Of a stretch of DNA of 64,000 nucleotides, positions 55,546-64,000 are shown piece by piece. The notes under the pieces were generated by a model. It had not been told where the DNA came from. It saw only the letters and a program-made list of their open reading frames with translations, and did no database searches. Each line of letters begins with the position of its first letter. Position 1 is the stretch's first letter. The stretch is from Octopus vulgaris (taxonomy: Eukaryota), in NCBI GenBank assembly GCA_951406725.2, contig OX597829.1, forward strand, positions 23,374,001 to 23,438,000. Direction: 5' to 3'. The position numbers and the translations under genes were made by a program.

Positions 55546-56192
55546 ATTGTTTCGCCAATATTAAATATTGGAGAAACAATGCGGTTGGTTCTTCAGTATT
55601 TTATTTGACGAATGAAGGTGACACAATCAGCTATAATGATTTCTCGCGTAACTTAAGCGACAAAAAAAAAATCGTATGGTAGTAGGTGTAATCGATCAAT
55701 CGATCGAATCAACAACAGTCAATACATTGCTAGCAAATTATTTATTGATCACTGGAATAGATGAAAGGCAATCAACTCCTATGGGATTTGAACTTCGAAT
55801 TTAACAGAACGATATTTTGCAGCGAATTGGCAGAATCGTTAGAACATTGCACAAACTACCTTGTAGTATTTCGGGGTATTTATTATTATTATTATTTATT
55901 CGCCTGCTTTGTGTTCTAGGTTCCACTCCCACCGAGGTCAACTTTGTCTTTTGCACCTCTGGGGTCGATATAATAAGGTGTCAATTGAGGGTGGTGCATT
56001 GGCGGAATAGTTAGAACAACAGACATGATACCTTGTGATATTTGGTTCAACTCCATTCGATCTCTGATGATAAGATCAACAAAACAAGTACTCCATCTGG
56101 TAAGAGATAAATATTATTTAATTGACACAATAAATGTTTTTATGTGCTACTAATAGCTTCTTGTGTTGAAGTGTTGAGAAAATACCAAACAA

Positions 56193-56228
<36 letters not shown>

Positions 56229-56236
56229 ATATTATT

Positions 56237-56278
<42 letters not shown>

Positions 56279-56499
56279 GTCCAAATTCTACGACGGACTA
56301 CTTGGCTGGTACACTTAATCCATCGTCCATTTTAATTCTATTACTTGGCACCTTGAGTGTATTTAGTGAAGCCCACTCTGCTGGAAGCATCCAAGCTAGG
56401 TTCCCGATTTGAAGATGCCTTCTTTTTTCCTTTCCACCAGTCCCAAAGGCCCAGCAAAAGGGTCATAAAGCCAGTCCTTTCGATTATCCTATGTTTTTT

Positions 56500-56720
56500 T
56501 TCTTACACAAAATATAGGGCGATCGTGCCACAAAAGGCACAAAAGCCACATTGAGATTTGGAAACAACTTTCTCAACGTTTATTTGGAGATGGTTTACAA
56601 GGATTCTTGCAAATGTTTTTCTTGTAATTGATAGCAATAATATTCCGTAATAATTGCCGTAAGATTTTCTATCTTTTTCCTTGAAGCTAGTGATAATAAC
56701 TACAACTTTAGACTCATTTG
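56500..56720 (-). mobile_element. RTE RT N-terminal remnant
   Basis: Minus translation KDRKSYGNYYGILLLSITRKTFARILVN..SQCGF resembles NYRGISLLS..KILARIL..ESQCGFR. Confidence 0.7.
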
Positions 56721-56937
56721 TTTCTCAACGTTCTTCCCAAGAAGATTGTGGTCTGGTCTCGGAGATTTTCATGGTTTCATTCTGGTCATGAAATTTTCAA
56801 ACTCTCAAAGTAAATGGTTACCCATTCATCCCATGGTCATTGGCTCGGGAACAGTAGATGCAGGGGGTGCAAGCACCCCCTCTAAAGTAATGAAGCTTCT
56901 TACGTCTCTCGTGGTTTTCAACGAACTTTAGCAGTAA

Positions 56938-57006
<69 letters not shown>

Positions 57007-57013
57007 TTATTAA

Positions 57014-59071
57014 AAACACATCGAAAAAGGCAATATGGTAGACAATTACAGACCGATATCCTGTTTTCCACTTATATGGAAATTATTGACTGGAATACTC
57101 GCAGAGTCAATGTATGAACATCTGGAAAAAAAATGGAGTCCTGCCACATGAGCAGAAGGGTTGCAAGCGTACTTGCAGGGGTACCAAGCATTAACTCCTG
57201 ATAGACAAAACTGTACTTAGAGACTGCAAGAGAAGGAAAACTAACTTAGCCATGTCATGGATCGACTACCGTAAGGCGTACGATATGATACCACATTCTT
57301 GGATTATGGAATGTATGAACCTATTTGGTATTGCATCGAATGTTGAGCGATTGCTTGGAAAAAGTGTGGCGTATTGGAAGACAGACCTGACAGCATACGG
57401 AAAAAGTTTAGGGACAGTAGAAATTAGGAGGGGCATCTTCCAAGGGGACTGCCTGTCCCCACTAATCTTTGTACGGTGCTTGATACCACTAACACTGATT
57501 CTGAGGAAAGCAAAAGCTAGGCATGTATTCAAAAGCTGCCAACAAAAAGTCAACCATTTGTTATTCATGGATGGCCTCAAACTTTGTGGTAAAGATGAAG
57601 CCCAAGTCAGTTCCCTCGTTGATACGGTGTATACTTTCAGTGCTGATATCAGAATTGAGTTCGGATGAGAAACTGGTGTGTTAGTCTTGAAGAGAGGCAA
57701 AATCAAATGTATGAACGGGCAAATGATACCGTCGTGGGAGGTTATGAAGCAGATAGAAGAGACGGGCTAAAGTACTTGGAGATTTTGGAAATGAATAAAT
57801 TGATGGAGAATGAAATGACAGAAAAATTTTAGGTAGAGAACTTGCGCAGACTGAGACTGATCCTTAAGTCGAAATTAAACGGACGGAATAAGATTGAAGC
57901 TATCAATACCTGGGGCGGTTTCACTCCTTAGGATATGGAGCAGGGGTAATCGCATGGACAGTGGACGAACTAAACAGACTAGATAGAAAGTCAAGGAAGT
58001 TGCTAACTAGATATGGTACACTCCACCCAAAAAGTGACACAGACAGATTGTATGTACCAAGAAAAGGAGGGTAAAGGGGACTTATTGGATGCGAACACTG
58101 CATTAGAGCAGAAGGAAACAACATAGCACGGTATGTAAAAAAAATGCCACAGAACCGCTATTATTAGAAGTAAGAAGGTCAGGTTTGTGTAGGATGAAAT
58201 ATTGTAAAGATAAAGCACTGTACAAGCAATTGAAAACAAATGAAACTGAAAATAGGTGGCTAAAGAAAAGAATGCATGGACAATTTCATAGGGTAAAACA
58301 GACAGAGAAAAAAAGATGGCTGTGGATGACTAAAAGTGGTTTAAAACCGGAAACGGAGGCTCTAATCTGTGCTGCCCAAGAGCAAGCACTAAGAACAAAC
58401 TACATAAAATACAGAATAGACAACACATCAGAAAGTGATAAGTGCAGAATTTGTGGACAAAATGGTGAAACCGTATGGCATATTATCAGTCAATGTACGC
58501 CACTAGCCCAGAAGGAATATAAGAGACGCAACGACAATATAGGCAGGCTTGTCCATTGGACACTTTGCTACAAGTATGGACTTGACAGAGCAAAATGATG
58601 GTACGAACATAAACCCGAAGGCATCATCGAAAATGATAATGCAAAGATCCTATGGAATTTTATGATTCGGTGCGACCATGAGATAGAGAATAGGAAACCA
58701 GACATAGTCTTAATTGAGAAAGAAAGCAAACTATGCTGGATCATATATATATAGTATGCCCAGCTGACAACAAGGTATGCGATAAGGAAGAAAGAAAAGT
58801 TGAGAGATATGACATGTTAGCTTGGGAGGTTAAGCAGTTGTGGTCGATGAAAAAATAGTACCAATAATTGTCGGAGCCCTGGGAACAGTGAGTAAAAATC
58901 TTGAGAAGTACATAGAACAAATAAGGGCTTCAATAAGGGTGGAGCACTTGCAGAAAACAGCACTGCTTGGAACCGGAAGGTGCTCGAAAAATAAGAGGAG
59001 TTACTTTAGTTCACTGGTAGTGAACAGCTGACACGGTAGTTCATCTCCAATGTTAGAAGCTGTGCAAAGGC

Positions 59072-59147
<76 letters not shown>
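57014..59147 (+). mobile_element. 5'-truncated R4/Dong-like non-LTR retrotransposon (RT, CCHC knuckle, restriction-like endonuclease), disabled, with (AAT)n tail
   Basis: WIDYRKAYDMIPHSWI, RGIFQGDCLSPLIF, NHLLFMDGLKL (RT); CRICGQNGETVWHIISQC (knuckle); NRKPDIVLI (RLE); several stops and frameshifts. Confidence 0.9.
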
Positions 59148-59150
<3 letters not shown>

Positions 59151-59490
59151 GCCCTGATGCAGTACCAGACAGTGGTTCTCATGGTTTCTGATCTTAACTG
59201 ATTGGAAGTGTTATCATGTATATTGTTTTGTCTTGGTATAAAAGATGGGCTACAGCAAATATTCTACTCAATACCACAGATGTGCTTGTCAGTTGTTTGA
59301 CCATAACCAGTTGACCATGTCCCTTAGCGGCTGATGATATGTGCATCGCTGATCACGAGCAGAAGTAGTGGAGGAGCATCATAACCATGTGTTGAAAAGA
59401 ATTCTTGGCGGTTTGGATAATTCACCTTTGGAAACATGGGTCTTTCGTTCAACATCCTTAAACAATCCTTATTAAGGGACCTTTTGAGCG
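59148..59490 (+). mobile_element. 5' part of the (TAA)n-associated non-autonomous element
   Basis: Homologous to 26500-26795 on the opposite strand. Confidence 0.75.
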
Positions 59491-59623
59491 GTGGAGCACT
59501 TGCAGAAAACAGCACTGCTTGGAACCGGAAGGTGCTCGAAAAATAAGAGGAGTTACTTTAGTTCACTGGTAGTGAACAGCTGACACGGTAGTTCATCTCC
59601 AATGTTAGAAGCTGTGCAAAGGC

Positions 59624-59659
<36 letters not shown>

Positions 59660-59715
<56 letters not shown>

Positions 59716-59963
59716 GAAAACTCAGCTTATTTTGCTGGGTATGAGGGAAAGTGTCAGCTGTCCACACCCAACAGACGAAAGTGACACTTGTTTACTGGTC
59801 ATGCTTCAAGAACCATGCAAAAAATTCTTGCAGTTCCAAGCAATGCTGATTCTTGTAGATGTTCTACCTTCACACTTGCACACTCACACTCAATAAGAGC
59901 GTTCTTAATTTAGAGGCGTCTGATTCCCACTCTATTGACAGACATACGAGTGCATCTTTTTCT

Positions 59964-60030
<67 letters not shown>

Positions 60031-60513
60031 CGTGCGTGCGTGTGTGTGCGTGCGTGCGTGCGTGCGTGCGCGCGTGCGCGTGAGTGTATGTATGCCCTTA
60101 TTCAGTTTATTTCAAGATTTCTTGCCAACAGAGAAAGAACCGGTTTCTAACTTTGGTCCAAGCTTCCTTCATTGGAATTTCAACATCAAACAACATGGTA
60201 TTTTTGCTTGTTAGTATGTATGTATGTATGTATGTATGTATGTATGTATGTATGTATGTATGTATGCATGTATGTATGTATGTATGTATGTATGTATGTA
60301 TGTATGTATGTATGCTTGTATGTATGTATGTATGTATGTACGTACGTACGTATGTATGTATGTATGTATGTATGTATGTATGTATGTGTGTATGTATGTA
60401 TGTATGTGTGTATGTATGTATGTATGTATGTATGTATGTATGTATGTATGTATGTATGTATGTATGTATGTATGTATGTATGTATGTATGTATGTATGTA
60501 TGTATGTATGTAT

Positions 60514-60585
<72 letters not shown>

Positions 60586-61096
60586 GAAAACTCAGCTTAT
60601 TTTGCTGGGTATGAGGGAAAGTGTCAGCTGTCCACACCCAGCAGACGAAAGTGACACTTGTTTACTGGTCATGCTTCAAGAACCATGCAAAAAATTCTTG
60701 CAGTTCCAAGCAATGCTGATTCTTGTAGATGTTCTACCTTCACACTTGCACACTCACACTCAATAAGAACGTTCTTAATTTAGAAGCGTCTGATTCCCAC
60801 TCTATTGACAGACATACGAGTGCATCTTTTTCTTGACGTGTGTGTGTGTGTGTGTGTGTGTGTATGAGTGCGTACGTGTGTGTGTGCGTGCGTGTGTGCG
60901 TGCGCGCGTGCGCGTGAGTGTATGTATGCCCTTATTCAGTTTATTTCAAGATTTCTTGCCAACAGAGAAAGAACCGGTTTCTAACTTTGATCCAAGCTTC
61001 CTTCATTGAAATTTCAACATCAACAACATGGTATTTTTGCTTGTTAGTATGTATGTATGTATGTATGTATGTATGTATGTATGTATGTATGTATGT
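59660..61096 (+). repeat. Tandem duplication, unit of about 0.6-0.87 kb bounded by microsatellites
   Basis: 59714-59968 matches 60584-60838 and about 60070-60215 matches 60905-61048, with a few SNPs and different microsatellite lengths. Confidence 0.92.
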
Positions 61097-61748
61097 ATGT
61101 ATGTATGTATGTATGTGAATACACAGACGCGCGTACGCGGAGGAAATTAAAAGCTGCCATCTCTGAAGCAGTAGAAGACACCCGACATTCTCTGACAATT
61201 TTCTCTTGGATTACTTTTGGTGTTGAATTTAGCAATGGGCTATCATTTCCGTGTCTGATAAAAAAAAAAAAAAATCTCACCCACCCTCCACCAACACAAT
61301 CGCTTTCTCAAATTTTTTAGTATTCCTACCCACCACCCCTTTACCCTTTCTTTGGCCCATTTGGCCTTTTTATGAGATTCTTCCTACTGATCCAGACAAC
61401 AGTGATACTCATACAATCCACTGAGGGTATTTCCAGCCTTCAAGTTCCTCAATAAAAAGTTCTAGCTAAGAGCACTGTACAAATCAAAGACTTTTATTTT
61501 CTATTTTTTATCTTCTGCTTGTTTCATTCGCTGGACCACAGCCAATGACTTTATCCAAATAAAGAAATGAATTCTTTAATTTAAAATGTCAACAATGGTC
61601 CTATGGTGTTTGGGTAATTGCCCTCTTATTTGATACTAGGAGGATGGAAGGACGTCTACATGCTAGAAACAACACTTATGTCTCTTACGAATCACACTCT
61701 GGCGTCTTGAAAAACAGATGGACCACGTTAAATAACGTAGTCATAGAC

Positions 61749-62509
61749 CAGGGGTGGGAGAACTTTTTAATGCGGCAGGTAAAAATTTCCAAAGAAAAAG
61801 GTCCGCGAACGCATCACAAGTTCCAACTCTTATATCTGTGCAAATCTTGTATATATCTATGTACAATTGGATATACATTAATAAAGATAAGTTTAACACA
61901 TTAAATTAACGCGTAACATCTTCATCAACGCCGCCTCTGTATTTAAAGGCGTTTATATCACTTATGATATAAACTTAGGTGGCGAGCTGGCAGAAACGTT
62001 AGCACGTCGGGCGAAATGCGTAGCCGTATTTCGTCTGCCCTTAAGTGTTCTGGGTTCAAATTCCGCCGATGTCGACTTTGCCTTTCATCCTTTCGGGGTC
62101 GATAAATTAAGTACCAGTTACGCACTGGGGTCGATGTAATCGACTTAATCCCCTTGTTTGTCCCCTCTATGTTTAGCCCCTTGTGTGTAGTAAAGAAATA
62201 TATATCACTTATGATGTATTCTATATTTTTCAACTAGAGCGTAATTGAGCAATATATGTTTTATAGTGATGACAAAATTTCCGTTCAAATGCCAATTATC
62301 GGACAATTATCGAGTGTAACCGTTTTAAGTCGTAGTGGTTCTTTCTCTGTTGGCAAGAAATCTTCGCAAATAGGCATACGTATATTGTATAAATTTTATA
62401 ATTGAAAAATTTACTATATTTTGTACGTATGAGTATATCAGCCTGCGAGCATAATAAAATGGACTCGCGGGTGCAATTTCGCCCGCGGGCGGGGATTTCT
62501 CCACCCCTG
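61749..62509. mobile_element. hAT (Charlie-like) MITE with nested SINE
   Basis: TIRs CAGGGGTGGGAGAA / TTCTCCACCCCTG; 8-bp TSD TCATAGAC / TCCTAGAC. Confidence 0.85.
61977..62200 (+). mobile_element. SINE family B, full length
   Basis: A box TGGCAGAAACG, B box GGTTCAAATTCC; 15-bp TSD TATATCACTTATGAT at 61954 and 62201. Confidence 0.92.
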
Positions 62510-63259
62510 TCCTAGACACTTCTAAAGAGACGGAATGATTATGGTTGGAAAACTTTGGTTCATAGATCTACTCGATTATAGCTGGCCTGGAATAAAACGG
62601 CAACAATATGAGGTTGATGGTCTTAGATCTGTTCCCAGATAAGTGAAGGAATTTGGCCGCCTTTATTCGATCAAGTTGTAAGCCACTACCGAAATATTCA
62701 ATAAGAGCGTTCTTAATTTAGAAGCGTCTGATTCCTGGTTTAAGCGTCTACCAGAGGAGGGTGAGTTCCAAAAGTACACCAAAGAACTGGAATTCTTTGT
62801 CTGCATGATGACGCATCATGTCTAAACCGAATGACCTAATGTTGTCCAGAAAAACTAATTTTAGATTATAACGTTCCAGAACATTTTAACAAAATAACCG
62901 TAAAATAATAAAAAAAAAAGAAAATTATGGATGCATTTTGGTTCGATATATTATTAAAAGAATTAAAATCTTGATATTTAAAAATGATATTGAAGTCATT
63001 TGATTTTAATCTGGAAGTGTCTATGTTGGGAATAAAGTGCTGGAATGATTTGCTGAAAGTCGGAACATAGTGAAAAAAAGCATTAGACGACGTAACGGCA
63101 GTAACAACTCCATGGGAGTTAACTCTTCCTGGCTTTATATTAATCGATAAAAGTTATTTCTGATTTGTAGAAGACTAGAAGAACCATGAATGATGATGAC
63201 TCACTACGGTAGAACGGATAAAACTGAACTGATCTATGCAAGTTCCTGCTGCAGTAGTG

Positions 63260-63640
63260 GTTCTATGGGGAGGGAGGGAGGGGTGGCTGCGTGCATGTGT
63301 ACGCGCACTTGTGTTTAAAAATGTGCGGTTGCGCGTGAATGTGTGAAAAAGCGTCTGCGGCGAAGGTGAAGATAGCGGCGGCGGTGGGGTGGGGCTTGGC
63401 GGCGGCGGGGTGGGGGTGGCGGGGTGGCGGTGTCGACGGCAGTGGTGGTGGTGGTGGTGATGGTGAATTGGGGGTGGGGGTGAGAGCGGCGCCGTTGGTG
63501 GTAGCGGCAGTAGTGGTTCTTGTAGTAGTAGAGGCGGTGCCGATAGTGGTGGTGATAAGGGCGTGGTGGTGCTGGATGTTATAGTTGTGGTGAGGGTGTG
63601 GTTAGAGAGGATGGGGATGAAGAGGAACGAAGGTGAAGAA
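63260..63640. other. G-rich, CpG-containing low-complexity tract with G4 potential; possibly a promoter or 5' UTR
   Basis: GGGGTGGGG runs, GGC/GGT repeats and retained CpG. Confidence 0.35.
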
Positions 63641-64000
63641 GTGATTTTTTTTTTTGTGTTCTTTTTTTCTTTTCTTCGGGGGTTTTTCACTTTTTTATTT
63701 TGTGAAGATGAATGATTTATGAGAAATTTTTTTCCCATGACTGTTGCACATTAGTGCCAGTAAACATTTAAATAATTACTTCGAGATAATTAAAATAAGA
63801 TAAATAACAAATAAAAAAATAAATAAATTACAAAGTCCCAGGGTCGGTTTGTTCGAGTAATGACGGTGCTCCAGCATGGCTGCAGTCAAATGACTGAAAC
63901 AAGTAAAAGAATAGAATAAATAAAAGCAAGGATTGCCAAAAAGGTTGTGATACATTTACTAAATAAACCAAGATCATAATTTTGAGAAAATGAGTTCTTT

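Noticed and set aside
57252-58598. Active retrotransposon ORF
   Set aside because: 5'-truncated, catalytic DD reads DG, with multiple stops and frameshifts.

Overview
AT-rich, repeat-saturated animal genomic DNA. The SINE/RTE families and extreme microsatellite load look like an octopus or other coleoid cephalopod (inference from repeat recognition, not a database search). The only host protein-coding sequence I can support is one minus-strand exon (35093-35556) encoding the N-terminus of spastin: hydrophobic hairpin plus the start of the MIT domain. I found no further spastin exons in the 35 kb downstream. The rest is three tRNA-derived SINE families, RTE-type LINE debris, a 5'-truncated R4/Dong-like RLE LINE, mariner, Merlin, hAT, piggyBac-like and Tc1-like elements, a Helitron-derived palindrome, Penelope-like fragments with hammerhead-ribozyme cores, several local duplications and large simple repeats. 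Nearly all listed ORFs are microsatellite or repeat artefacts. Main leads: (1) an overlapping uORF plus an internal Met pair in the spastin exon mirroring human M1/M87 control; (2) a tRNA-headed SINE with a Penelope-type minimal hammerhead tail; (3) an element made of two inverted Helitron 3' ends flanked by a 13-bp direct repeat; (4) a non-autonomous (TAA)n-flanked element next to the Dong-like LINE; (5) a CpG-decay boundary near 44-45 kb. Repeat boundaries are read by eye and approximate unless a TSD or TIR is quoted.
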